From NCBI GenBank assembly GCA_030141605.1, contig JAQGDQ010000344.1, positions 1-64,000 of the forward strand: a stretch of DNA of 64,000 bases. The letters are read 5' to 3'. The notes under the pieces are model-generated. The model did no database searches. It was not told where the DNA came from and saw only the letters and a program-made list of their open reading frames with translations. This document shows positions 50,928-64,000 of this stretch, piece after piece (positions within the stretch are counted from its first letter, which is position 1; each line of letters begins with the position of its first letter). The position numbers were made by a program, and so were the translations under genes. Origin of the DNA: Tubiluchus corallicola. Its lineage: Eukaryota; Animalia; Priapulida.

Positions 50928-53900
50928 GTGAGTAAAAATTGTGAGTTGTGCTTCATGAGTCGCCTTATTATAGATCAAAAATCTTTTTTTCTTATTATAT
51001 AGATATTGAACTTATATTGTTTCCAATGCACCCATTTATCAGATACATGTTTTATTTTTCTGCAACTATTAGCAGATATTGATATATGTGATTACGTGGT
51101 ATAAATTTCTATGACTGTAAATTACTTAAAAAAGAAACATAAGTATTTCAACATAAGGTTTTAAAATAGAAATGTGTGCTTGCAAAGCAAAACATCCTGA
51201 AGTCGGCATATAAGCTTTTTTTAGTTATTCACATAACCTTAATCTCCATTTCACGAGGATCATTTTGATGCCAAGCTCAATGCTCTATGTTATTTCTAAA
51301 CTGAGATAATCAACATTGAAATTGAGGTGCAGGCTATACACTGAAAAACATAATCTTGAGAAAATCGCTATTAAAGTTAGCCATTGTTTTTTGTCACACT
51401 TCTACAAAAAAACTTAGCGACCATACAAACTGGCATTGCAAGAGTGAATTGAAGTTAAATTTAAGTCCTGTAGATGTCTCTTCCAAACAAAGATCTGGGC
51501 TTGGCAACAGAAAAAATCGCAAGCAAAATGACAGCTTTCACGAGCTTCTATCGGAGTTTGAAAATACGAGTTTTTGACAAACGCCTTACTAGTTTTTAAG
51601 GAGAAAAATTGGTAAAGAATTATAAAACAATTTCTAAACAATTTCGTGACGTTTTGGTGCAAGAACATAAAAGTCCAATATACTTAGCACTTGTTTTGTG
51701 AAAAACAAAAAAATGATATTTGACCCAATTTGATCCCTTGTAATTTGAAGCATCATAACACAGTTTTAACTATGCCAACTTGTGAAATGTTTTGGTTTGC
51801 AAGCACACAATAAGCTTGATCAGTCTAAAGTAAGTGCTCTATTCTGTAACAGTTGAATCCTTACTGTGTTTTACCTACAGGGAGCTCAGAAAAGAAATAG
51901 CTCACATTGATCAGTTTATTGCTCTGCACTCGTGCCAGTTGAAACAGCAGTCCGACAATCAAGAGGCGCTGACAAGATTGCAGACTTTAAAATGTCAAAA
52001 AGAAACTAAGGTACTTCCATATATAGTAAGCCCTTGTTTAGCGACACTAATGCTTTGCAGCAAGATGCGATGTTAAGCTGAACGTCGTTAAGCGAAGCCT
52101 AGACTTCCATAGAAAGTAATGTAAAAGAATTGATACGTTCCAGAGAAAAAATCACTGGTGCTTGCAAAAGGTGTCAAGTGATCAGTGTGTTTAAAATGAA
52201 ATGTCGCTAAAAGAGGGAGTTGTTAAGCGAGGACTTACTGTTGAATTCTTTTTTCTGAACTAGACAACATCTGAACGGGCAATGAAATGTTTGTGTGGCT
52301 GCAGGTAAATAAATTGTGCTATTATTGCTTAATTCACATTGTAATTCATTGCCTCATTGGTTAGTGGTCACTGTCTTATCTGCTGCAAATTTTAATTTCT
52401 TCTTTGTTTGAGTCAGTTTCTCATTTGCAATTTTGTTACTTCCAGACTAAAGAAATAAACACGTTAAAGGCAGCTGAGAGGATGCTGAAGAGAAAATTTG
52501 TTGATGAGAGGAGTGGAAAAACAGGTATTTAATCCTTGTTAAAATTGTTTGTGAAATGATTTGTTTATGAATGTTGTGCGAATTAAGCAGCCTTAGTTTC
52601 TTGGATGCTGTTAATTTTAAACACAGAAGACAGCACCTGATTTCCATTAGAAACTGTAGAATATATCATTGGCTGTAAAAAAAAAACAAATATCCGTTGC
52701 TTCTTCATTCCTTTAGAATTTTGATTATTGATGGCAGAGAAGGATTATAATGTTTACTCTACTTCAGAACCACGAACCACTATCTTCCACTGGTACTGGG
52801 TATACAACTCTTATTGCTTGTATCTGTATCGCATTGCTGTGCAGTAATCACATCATGCACAAACATTTTTTACCATTGTGAGCAAAATATAATTCTAGAC
52901 TGTTTTTTCATATTTGAATTATCAATATTTGGCAAATAAATGACACTACGTCAAAATGGAATTTATTGCCGACCCGTTTCGAACAAAACTGTTCCTTATC
53001 AAGGCATCTAAAACAAAGAAATTTACCAGAATTTCAAAACGACATTTAAATACAATTCGGTGGTTAATACCCAAAAGGTATATGATAGAATATTATGCTG
53101 ATAATCTAACAATTTACCTTACAAACTACTGTACGTATCTTGATTGGTATGACACTATGTAACACTCCACAAACGAATGAGCCATTTTCTCAGATTGTTA
53201 GTTGACAACATGAAATGAAATGTCTACCAACATCTGGCATCCAGTGTCTGACAAAATAAAGTCATCCTAAGATGCTCAGTGCTTACATTCTTGAAAAATA
53301 GATGCCATGTGATTACGCAGTAAATGGCAAATGTTGTACGGTATCAAGTGTATACATGGATGTTAAAAATTTTAATGATATAACAATATTGACCTATTTT
53401 TAGTATATTTTTGCGTAGCATAGTTTTTGAGAACTTCTTAAAGGCGGTGTTAGTAATACAGTTATATTTTTGCCGATAGGTAATTAGTATTAAAAGGTAC
53501 AAACTGACTCGTACAGATCTTCCATAATCCGAGACATTCTGATATGGCTTTTATATGAAAACTGCACAGGTAGAAACCGGCCACTAAGCGATTAATTAAT
53601 AACAAAAGCGGCGTTTGTCAGCTGCTAGGTAGCTCTTGCGGCAGCTGAGAACACTGCTGAGCTGTTGCATTATGTACGAGGGGTGACCCCCAGATGTGCA
53701 GCAGACAATAATGCAGAATATTTTCGAGTTACTAACTAAGTTTAAATTAACTTAAATTATATTAACAACAATCCGCGTCACAGCAGAAACATTCATCATT
53801 TATTAATCTCAGCATGAGTAGCATAACTTATAAAGTCGCACTAAAATCACATTAGTTAAAAAACTAATTAAATCTAATTAAAAAGTAGAACGTAATTAAA

Positions 53901-56900
53901 AACGTACTTAAATTACCTTGAAAATGTAAGCTAAAGCCACTGTAATTAAAATCACACTGAAGTGAATTACAACAGTATTAAATTAAAATAAAATCATACT
54001 GGAGCAAAATTATTAGTCTGGATTTACCCTAATGAATATTTCGGTTGCCTAACACAGTGTGAGGCTAAGCTGTTCAGCACCCTTGAATAGGACAAGCCTG
54101 TTCTGAAGTCACTTTGCCATGATCATTGTTAATTAGGTGTTACATATTTTCACACAATAGCAAACAATAGGGCTTTAATGCAGATTTAGTTAAAATGGTT
54201 TTCATGTAAAACCCATATGAGTTGCTGTTGTAGCTGTTTTGTTTTTGTTTGATGTATTTATCATTTGTTTTAGGTAATAAGAGCGTGGAAGCTTTGCATG
54301 AGCTGCTGGAACTAGATAAGAAACCAAAGCAAGAGACGGAGCGAGAACGCCTCATTAGGCAGGGAATAATAACTCCATTCGACAGAGAATTTTCAAAAGA
54401 ACAGGACGGAGAGTTGCCAGATGAAGTAGACTCATCTAGAGGGCTGTCATTTTCAGAAAAGAGTGATTTGAAGCGAAGTGATGGTGTAAAAGGAAATGGT
54501 GGTTTATCAGAAAAAGTAATTGATACCAGTGTTGCAGCAAATGAAGTTTTATTTAGTAAATCATTTGCTCAGTTGAATGACAAAGATTCATCAACTGCTA
54601 GTCGTAAACAGTCTGTAAGTGAAACTGATGCTGATGTCGAAACTGTAGCAGCTTTTACTACAACGTCACATTCTGAGCCAGACATAAACTCAGACTTGGT
54701 GAATCTTGTACGTCACGACGTGCAGCAGACACGTCACAGAGTGAAGCGGAAATGGAGGTCTTGGATGAAATCGGGACGACCAGAGGACGGTTTACTTTCC
54801 GGAGATGAGAAGGACGACTTGTACAGCTCTGGAGATGAATGGGAGCCAGAGAAAAAACAGCTGCGAGTGTTTGATGAATCTGAAGATGAGTACCATTCAG
54901 GTAAAGCTTGTCTGTAATGTAATTTAACAAGATTGCATTTTTTGCTTTCAGAATTATGTATAGTTGTTCGAAGTTGACAGCTGGAAAATTTGTTAGGTCA
55001 CAGGAATGATTATGCCACGTGATAATGTTGCTTTACTAATTGTAAGGCCAGCCACAAAATAAGATTGTTTTCTGTTTTACCTCATGAGCTCAAATGATGG
55101 CATTAGGAGGGAAGAAATTTTTTTTCAAAAAAATTTTAAACTTTGTGAATGATTAAAGCTGAATTATGGAATATTTAAAATCAGTTGAAATCAAAGTTTG
55201 TTTATTTCCCACTGGTTAGCAGTAATGTTTTAATTTTTTTCGATTCACATTTTTTCACACTTTGTTTTGTATTACTTAATTATAGTTTAAATATCGATTA
55301 TCGTATAATCTGCTTTTGTGCATGAACATATATTCCGATAATTATGGTATAAGCAGCAACACTGCTCGGCTGTTAATGTGCTGATTTGGCAGAAAATATG
55401 ATACTTCTTAGCCTCCAACATGATATAATCGGTATCATATGAAATGGCAACCTTTGCTGAGACTTAGCTGTAGGAAAACATGACTGCGTCCTCACTGAAA
55501 CCGAAACGATGATATTATAATAATTATTGCGTTCTTTGTTTCAAATTAAAAAATTATGCTGTTGTATATCTGCCGCAGGTAAGTATATTAACGTACAAAA
55601 AATTATAAAGTTTCCGGCCAGGTGCGCGATAAAAATATTACGCACGCGATTATATGAAAACAAGTATTTTCATTGTCGGCCTCATGTATGATATTAGACA
55701 TTTGCCAATGTGGTTACTATGATTTTGTAACAAATTTGAATCAAATCAAACTTAGATTTTCGAAGCAAAATCAAAACGAATTTTAAAATTTTGAATTCGA
55801 ATTTGTTCCAAATTTAATCTTGTTAGCAATGAAATTTTTGCGCATATTGCTTCACGCTCGTTTAGTCTTTGTTTTATTTTGGGAAATGCTTTTTTTAAGT
55901 GAGAACTTATCGGGGAAAATTTTGTTACTTTCCTTTATTTACATTATATTACTATCTTACTGATTTCTCATAAAATTTTGCATGTTTTCATATTAACTTA
56001 GGATCCTATATGGCACATATCCACTACACACAATACGAATATATTTTGAACTGTATAAGGACATTGGAAACTCAAATTCGTTGATCAGCCCTGCTGCATT
56101 ATTCAGTTTGTAATTGTATCTTGTAAGGTTTTCTCGTCCCTCCGTGACATTTTCTTTGGTATCTTCACTAACATGGCAACATAAATTATTGTTGTAGTAA
56201 TTTTTCACTAATTTGTGTTTTGCCAGTTTGACGTATGGAAGTTATACTTCATCGTGGGTAATGTGTTAGAAACGAACGTATCTCTAAAGTTTTTCTAAAG
56301 TTAAACAGCTTGTGAATTTTTTGTCTGTTTCTCATGCAGTAGTTTATTTGTGTTTTGGGAAGCCAATGCTAAACTTATTTTCCCGGTAGGGTGGACTGAT
56401 GAAGAAAGCGAGAAGGAGAAGGTACTCGTTAGCGCTCGACGCAAGAAAAAAATCGATTCGTTAACGAAGCAAGAACAAGAAAAATTTTTCCGTACTAAAG
56501 CAACGAAGAAAGAACCCAGTGCAAGAAGAGTGGTTGATGATGGTAGTGCTAAAGCGTATGTTAGGCGGCTTAAGTATGTATTGTTTCTAACAAAGTAAAC
56601 AAATTCTGTATACTCAAAGTACCTCAGATCAGAGATAATTTTTTGATTTAGGGTTTGGTGGGGTAATGTTGGCCATCGACTAATGCCGTCCAGGTTTTAT
56701 ACATTTAAATTATGTCATGTGACATAGAATGGCATTTTATAGAATATAGTATTTATAAAATATTAATGCAAATTCAAAGTAAATTGTTGGAAAATCTAAA
56801 TTAGACAACATTACCCTAATATACCGATCTGAGAACAGTTTTGCTGCTTGATTTTTTATTTTGTGTCACCCAACATTCTTGATGCTGCAAGCACTTAACA

Positions 56901-59900
56901 TAAGCCTTGCTTAATATGACTGGTTGTGCAAGACCTGTAGATTACTTAGGTTAATAGACAGAAAAAGATTCTTCATAAATAAATCATCTTTATAAAATCG
57001 TCTTGAAATTCTCTGGTGTCACCTACAAAACACTTGTAGTCTTACAGATCTTGTATTAATAATAACTCTGTATAAAACATGTAAATTTAAGCTCCCCGGA
57101 TGACCGTTTTTTGCAGCCATTTAGCAGTAAGTCATTTGAAACAAGTTCAGATAAAATTATGTAAATTTTGAAAAAATGATCGCAGTTTTCGTAGTGCACT
57201 CTTCGCTAACTAAGCAAAAGTATAAATTACTTTATCTTGTCAATAAGATTAACATGTGTTTTCTTGGTGAGTCAGTGGTGCACACTGGGATGGTGATACG
57301 GTGACGTTTTATTAGTTGGTGTGAACATTTTAAATCATTAAGAATTTTTTTTAATTACATAAGTCTTTCAGGAAGGTGATCTCAATAGTAAACATATGTA
57401 ACATAAATCTATATGGAAAGTTCTTTGGGACGTACTTTAAAGTTTCTTTTTCTGGCACTTAACTTTTTAAGATGAAATACTGAATGGTATCTTAATGCTG
57501 GGTTCAGATGTCTAAACATCACATGAAGACTATGGCTGCCCTACCATGGGTTGTTTTCCTGGCAATCACGTGTCCAGTTACGAAGTGACTAACTGGACAC
57601 TGTATTGCTTAGCTTTCTAGTCAAGAAAAGCATGCGGTATGACCACTCAGCTATTCGTTTTGGAATAAACGTTTTTACAAGGCTAAGTTGCTATACTATC
57701 TGTGTATTTTTGACATTTGCAGAGAATACAGAAGGCAAGAATTAAGTAAGAAATACGAGCAAATTGAAGGTGATCTTACTGTCGACCCGGAAGCGCAGCC
57801 GGCAGAGCAACTTGAAGGAGGCTTAAAAGTACCTGGAAAACTCTGGGTTAAGCTCTACAGGTACACGTTGCTAGCTTTCATGCCTTTTCTCTTGTAACTG
57901 ACGTGAACAAACGTAAGTAAATTGATAAAGTCTTTAAAACGTTAAAAGTTTGTGGCTATATACAAAATGTTGAGTAGATTTAACCATTTCACTGCCATGC
58001 AATTTGTACTGTAGCTGGCATAGAGGACTGTTTTAAGAAAAGGAAAAATTGCTACTGCTACAGATGGCACTACACGCTATAGATTACTGCAACTTTTACC
58101 ATGTCATCCTCAGATTTACTGTCAAAATTATGATTGTTACCATCATAGCTGTTCACACCCATCATAATTTTCACTGCTGCCGATGCCATTGCTGTGCACC
58201 ACCACAATCACGAGTACTACCATTTTCGTTGATACCATTTTCATGTCATTTCAAAAGTAGTTTTGTTTTGTTTAGTAAAATTCAAAGTATCTTACACAAT
58301 GTAGAGTAGAAAATAAAACTACACAGCAGTACAGCGCATATTCAGTAATAACAGCAATCCTTTTCCAAGCTTTGGCATTTTTTGGCTATAGGCATTTTGC
58401 AGTGCCCTCTATACTGACTTTTTGGCCGGCAGAGGACAGCGCCACTGTTTATTTTCAGTAACGTGCCTGAGGTGTGCAGGTATCATTGCTATTTTTAGGT
58501 GCCAGTAAATTATATGTTATGTATGATGGTGCAGTGTTGTCATACAAGCAGCTAGTGTAGCAGCTAGGAGGCGACTGAACGGGTTGGAAGGAAGAGTGGT
58601 TCTAAATGACCTTAAAAGAAGTTGATCCATATTTTGGGGTCTCCCTAATTTGATGGACTTGATGAATGTAATTTTGGACACAAAGGACATAATTTTGAAT
58701 GCCCATTCGCTAAACTGATGGACATATTCTGATGGACGTCCGTTTACTATTTCGATGGACTTGTTGGGCACAGTGGACGTTGTTGAACGCCTGTCTACTA
58801 AACTGATGGACTTACGTAATCTTGAATGTAACTTTAAGCATCCATTCACTAAATTGAAAACTATTTTGATCTACATAATTTACGTCCATTTACTATGTGT
58901 ATTTGAATGCAGTGGACATCCGTTTGGTATGTGTATTTGAATGTGGTGGACTTAATTTCGAGAGTACATTCACAAAATAATTTAAAGTAATTTAATGGAC
59001 CTACGGAATTGTTGATGTGGTGGGCTTAGCATTTAGCACCCGCTGGACGTTATGTGGATGGACTTCATATATTACGTGCAAATCAATTTGATTAGTTTGT
59101 GCGACCAACATGATTTTTATTTTTACAACATCCATTGCGTCCATTAAATTAGTGAATAGACGTCCAACTTACGTCCATCGCGTCCATATTATATTCATTA
59201 TCCACTCATGTAGGATTTGCTCACATTTTGACTATTGGTAGTTGTGCATTTATGGTACTGAATAACATACTTCTATGTTGGCAGGTATCAGAAGACTGGA
59301 GTGAGATGGTTATGGGAATTACATCAGCAGCAATGTGGCGGTATCGTAGGTGATGAAATGGGACTGGGAAAAACTATTCAAGTTATTGTCTTCTTGGCAG
59401 CATTGAGAGAAAGCAAGCTGAGGTCTTATGGAACAAAGTAAACATCTAATAATAATAATAATAGTAGTAGTAGTAGCAGTATTAATAGTACAGTAAGTCC
59501 TCGCTTAACGACTCCCAGTATTTCATTTTAACGACACTGAACGTTTGACACCTTTTTCGCACTTAATGATGCACAGTTTTATTTTAACGACATTGTTTTT
59601 ACTTTGCTCACAGTCATTTTTTTATTTTATCAACAACCTTTTTTTACCTAATTTGAAGCAATACATATTGCATTATTTTGTTCTAAAAACGCATTAGTAA
59701 CCTAAATAGTGCAATTATTATAATGTTTTTCATTTCCGACTGACTACGTACTAAAGCCTAGCCATTTGTATCAAGCCACGCCGTTAGGTTAGCCCCATCG
59801 TTGCGCACATAGTTAGTTCTATTTCAGTCAAAAATGAAATGTTTTTCACCTTCGAACACATTGTAGAGATAACATAAACGCTGTTCCTTGGGATGCCTCT

Positions 59901-62900
59901 CTTCCTCTCGAATTTAACCTTCAAACTGTGTGAATCTACCCTTAATCCGACAATATGAGCTTTTTTAAAATCGGCTTTAAATTCAACAGACACAAAAACC
60001 AAAGCTATGCCGACTGTGAATAACAAACTACATCTGCGTAACAAAGACTATTACTATCCCACTTTTAACGCAAATACCACGCGTCGGACAGCAGGTGCCA
60101 TTCTTAAAGTCTTTGGTGTGGCCCAGCTGCGGTACCGAACTCGCAACCTCCCAGACGAAAAGCAGACACGTTATCGATTACACTACACTGCCTAGTCAAC
60201 GGTTTCTTATGGTCTGTGGTTCATAGTTTTAGCATTAATATGTTTAATCCTAAAATATTATTACAAGAGTGTAATTTTGTATGAACACGTTGTGTGAAAG
60301 AGGATTAGAATTCAGTTGTCAGAGAAAAATGTAATGCCCTTCACAAAGATTATAATATTTATTCAGTACCTTTCACCCTGGCGAGCCTCATCAGCTGAAA
60401 ATTACAGGTAAAATGTTAAAACAATATGTATAAATGTAAAACAAGAGCATTAAAAACAAAAATTGTAGCTTAACATCATTGGTTTGAAATATAATAGTAG
60501 AGAAAGAATATAAATTACTGCATAAAAAGAAAAACCCAGAACTGTACAATTGGTTTTTGTCCGAATAGAAATTAATTAAAAAAAGCAAAAAGGATAAATT
60601 AGCATACTTAAATACAAAGTGCTGGTAACCTGAAAGTGAGGTTTACAAAGTTTGGCTGTTTATAAGTACTGAGGAAACATAAGTGGCTGTGGTGTGTTAC
60701 AGTGAAAGGCACATAAAATTGAGTTGTTTGTGGTGGATTACATTAAGTAATATTGCACTTGGGCTTAAAGTCAACTAAAATAACAAAAGTAGAAAGGTAA
60801 GGATAAAATACATAGCATATAAATACTTTTTAAATTAAAATGCTAAAAGCACCCAGCGACCAACTCTCGTAACTCGAAATTTCTGTTGTTTTATTTACAA
60901 AACTTTAGAAATGATGAACTTTTCGTTTCATAATATTTTACTCTTCGGCATTATTACTGCAACATCATCTTTTTATATCAGGTACATCGGATTGGGTCCG
61001 TCTTTGATTGTTGTACCAGCAACTGTCATGCATCAGTGGGTGCGGGAGTTTCACACATGGTGGCCACCCTTTCGTGTAGCTGTATTGCACGAAACCGGCT
61101 CCTTTAGTGGTTCAAAGGTAATGCTTTTCTTTACTTTTTGAAATGTTATTAAAGGAAAGGCCAAGTCTTCCAGAAAGTTGGGCTTATTTCAATGTTAGCA
61201 AAAATGTTAGAAGGATTCAGTGATAATAGTGTGACGAGCACCTCACGTAATTAGTAAAATCACTTTAACGTCTCGATCTTTTCTTGTTTGGGCGCTGTGA
61301 CTGTCAATGCTCGTTTTTCGTCCATTGACGTCATTCGTCCTGAAGAAAAGTAGTGCACTGTCAATCTTCATCAAAAGTATAATAAGTTTTTACAAAAATA
61401 TAGATAGCTAATTTTGAACATTAGGTGAAGTGCAGAAGTTTGAATTAGTTGTAAGTACCGTGCGCTTACAGAAAGCCACGATGCGCTTACGAAAAGTCAC
61501 GAAGTCTGCTAGTCACGTCATAATTTTTAAGTGAACGACGGCAATCACCGCGCCTGAAACTTTCTATTCAGAGGTAGTACATTTAAAATTTATGCTTTAT
61601 AGACAGTGTTTGTAAATTTCTTTGTCGTATTTTTCTAAGTTTAAGAGATCGCAGTAAAATAAACCCAACTTTCTGAGTGTCTTGTTCTTTGTTTTAAAGT
61701 TTTATTAGAAAGCAACATGATAACTAAGATTACATGTTTTTTCATTGTTTTAGGCGTCACTTGTACAGAATTTACAAGAAGACAACGGCATGATCATTAC
61801 ATCATACACTGGTCTAGTACAGCACCAGAAAATGTTGTTGAAATACGACTGGCATTACATTATTCTTGACGAGGGCCACAAGATACGAAATCCAGATGCC
61901 CAGGCGACATTAGCTGCCAAGCAAGTAAGATGATTTTCATCGTCTAACGTTTTAAGTTTTACTACGATAGTTGCAATACTGTGATGGGGAAATTCGTGAG
62001 AAATGGGAAACTAAATAAAACTGCTTATTTGAATTTTGCATGATTTTTATAAAAGTTGAAAGACTGTTTGTTATTCTGGGCGATGATTTGTTGTGACAGT
62101 GGGGCTGATCCAGGTGAGGCTGTTTTATACTTGCTTCAATAGTAGCTGCACCACTGGGTTCCTCTTACAATAATAAAAGGAAGCAAAGTACCTTTTCTGT
62201 TAGAGGCCATAATGGGGCTATATCTTTGTGTACAATGCAGTTTTACAGTTTAGTGTAGATGAATAGGTATGTTGGAATTATAGGAAATTCATAATAGCAA
62301 ATCGTTTTTTTTTTGTTACATTATAACTTAACTTGTGAACGTTTAGTATGCATAGTAAAGACCATTCATCAATAATAATATCAAAAGTTAAATATAAGCC
62401 TATTGCTGTGCTGTGTAGAAATACTGTGTTTGTTGAATTTGAATTTAACGTGCCAAAATTTGCTACCTATGGTAACAGATGTGGACAGGTGATAGCAATG
62501 GGTGACTTTAAAGCAGGATGTTTCAATTTAAAGGAAAACTGGACGATTGATTAGACTCAATATCATTTTAATTTGCTGTCCAAAATATACACTTTCTCAC
62601 CTATAAAAGTTAGCAATTGTTTCCAATATTTGAATAATTACCTTGGAAAGTTAATTAACGGCAACCGAACACAGCTGTTGCTTGTATCACAAACTAATGA
62701 CAGTTTGTGCAAGGGTGGGCATCTTCCCTGCACAGTAAGCTTGTTTGTGTAAGCGAATATTACTATAAGATGCTGATGTGATGTCACGAAAATGAGCTCT
62801 ATGTAACAGACAGACACTGCTGTTCGTGATCATGCTTGTCACGGTACTATGTTTGTTTGTCAGCCACGTGAATGTGTTAAAAAGTCAACATTGCCACTTA

Positions 62901-63350
62901 GTGGATTCGCTGAGCCACACGCAGCTTTGATAGTATGACAAAAATTAACTATACAAGGTAATTATTATTTAGTCTAAGCTTTGATTTAAAAAGAGCTGTT
63001 GTAGTTTTCAATGTTTTTGAGCATACTCTATTTTGAAGTAAAGTCTACACAATTGTCAGGTTTTCCTTTAATAATGTATGCACCTACGGTGTACCCTAGC
63101 ATTGCTAACTGCAGGTTAATACAATAAATTGCTGCCTCTTTTCAATAGTTGAATCTTTTTATAAATGTTTTAGTTTCGCACTCCTCACAGATTCATACTT
63201 TCCGGATCTCCGGTTCAGAATAATCTGAAGGAACTGTGGTCACTTTTTGACTTTGTTTTTCCTGGAAAGCTTGGGACTCTTCCGGTTTTCATGCAGGAGT
63301 TTTCAGTTCCTATTACTCAGGGCGGATATGCAAACGCCAACTCTGTGCAG
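50584..63350 (+). CDS. ERCC6: DNA excision repair protein ERCC-6 / Cockayne syndrome B (SNF2 ATPase); gene span, 3' part beyond the window
   Basis: 10 exons in frame (713 codons). CSB-specific motifs [19 protein letters not shown] and [19 protein letters not shown]2 motifs [65 protein letters not shown]. Confidence 0.97.
51173..51809. mobile_element. MITE family A, reversed copy
   Basis: Both TIRs present; body colinear with 27735-28383. Confidence 0.88.
51881..52010 (+). CDS. ERCC6: ERCC6 coding exon 2
   Basis: [11 protein letters not shown]...QKETK; coiled-coil character. Confidence 0.88.
52446..52524 (+). CDS. ERCC6: ERCC6 coding exon 3
   Basis: [26 protein letters not shown]; phases fit. 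Confidence 0.82.
54274..54900 (+). CDS. ERCC6: ERCC6 coding exon 4
   Basis: [16 protein letters not shown] followed by an acidic region. Confidence 0.93.
56390..56573 (+). CDS. ERCC6: ERCC6 coding exon 5
   Basis: [10 protein letters not shown]...[14 protein letters not shown]. Confidence 0.9.
56616..57440. mobile_element. Kolobok-like repeat, family L
   Basis: aaagtac...gtactttaa ends. The core ctgtataaaacatgtaaattta..ctccc..gatgaccgtt is shared with about 4000-4320. Confidence 0.55.
57723..57860 (+). CDS. ERCC6: ERCC6 coding exon 6
   Basis: EYRRQE...[16 protein letters not shown]. Confidence 0.93.
57980..58590. mobile_element. piggyBac-like MITE
   Basis: ttaaccatttcactg start and actgaacgggtt end (TTAA-CC...GG type). 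Confidence 0.55.
58600..59215. repeat. Degenerate TGGAC/GTCCA motif array (unclassified repeat)
   Basis: More than 20 tggac/gtcca motifs in both orientations. Confidence 0.6.
59285..59437 (+). CDS. ERCC6: ERCC6 coding exon 7 (Walker A)
   Basis: [37 protein letters not shown]. Confidence 0.96.
60035..60190 (-). mobile_element. tRNA-derived SINE, diverged copy
   Basis: cagcaggtgccattcttaaagtctttggtgtggccc...gaactcgcaacctccc parallels 12397-12460. Confidence 0.6.
60982..61117 (+). CDS. ERCC6: ERCC6 coding exon 8
   Basis: [40 protein letters not shown]. Confidence 0.96.
61149..61697. mobile_element. MITE family C, reversed copy
   Basis: Matches the reverse complement of 1720-2256 along its length. 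Confidence 0.8.
61754..61924 (+). CDS. ERCC6: ERCC6 coding exon 9 (DEGH box)
   Basis: IITSYTGL...[25 protein letters not shown]. Confidence 0.96.
63174..63350 (+). CDS. ERCC6: ERCC6 coding exon 10
   Basis: [39 protein letters not shown]...[10 protein letters not shown]. Confidence 0.96.
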
Positions 63351-64000
63351 GTTGGTCACCTTTTGTTTGTCTTTTAATTGACAGCTGTGTTTATAGAACA
63401 GAACATTGATGAACATAATTCCCGATACCTGCTTCACAATCAAGTACAGTTCTTTAGGATGAGCTATTGGCCCATCAGAGGTGTCTTAATTACATTCAGA
63501 TATGCTTTCTTCCTCTTGCAGTGAGGTAAACTGTCAGGGTTATAATGTATGGGCCCAGAACACAGGTACCGCAGTCAGCCATTCATTTACTGTCCAGATT
63601 GTGCATTGCTAAACTTTGTTCACTAAAATTGTTTAATCTCTTACATAAATTCTTGATATAACCTACTCAATGAGTGAAATAGTTAAGTCGTCTTTGTTTT
63701 GTTTGACAATTTTTTGCAGGCCATTAAGTGTATAGCAGTGATACATTTTCTGGAATAATTGACAATAGGACAATTGACAATAATTGACCCGACGGCTGTT
63801 TCCCACATTTTGAAAGGGTTACATCATTATTTAGCTCTGCCAGACAATTAATTAATTGTCTTGTGGTTTGTTCTGATTTATTATTCAAAGCCTTGTGGTT
63901 TCAGAGGCGTAAAAAGGTGGGGGCAACAGGGGGCAATGGCAATGCTCTCGGGCCCAAGGGTGAGAAGGTGCAATATTCGTCTAGAGTTCAATGACTGTTA

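Noticed and set aside
59784-60044. 86-aa ORF in an ERCC6 intron
   Set aside because: No recognisable motif or splice structure, and it sits between repeat fragments.

Overview
AT-rich, intron-rich genomic DNA from an invertebrate animal; there is no prokaryotic content. Three spliced genes can be rebuilt exon by exon, with GT-AG sites and consistent phases. (1) Miro/RHOT mitochondrial Rho GTPase, minus strand, 12 coding exons at 2320-21086; its 3' end runs off the window. (2) A complete VWA3A-like gene, minus strand, 20 coding exons at 24500-48414, about 1168 aa. (3) ERCC6/CSB, plus strand, 10 coding exons at 50584-63350, continuing off the window and head-to-head with VWA3A. The introns are full of non-autonomous DNA transposons (hAT-, Tc1/pogo-, Kolobok-, piggyBac- and MULE-like), SINE and LINE remnants, and minisatellites. 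The most notable observation is an inverted, degenerate copy of a VWA3A coding exon with its downstream intron and an adjacent MITE, lying about 19 kb away inside a Miro intron. Other observations include RFX X-box motifs inside VWA3A, uORFs ending one base before the start codons of Miro and ERCC6, and composite or hybrid mobile elements. I found no clearly new multi-gene system. Comparisons to human proteins and repeat families are from memory, and identities are estimated by eye.
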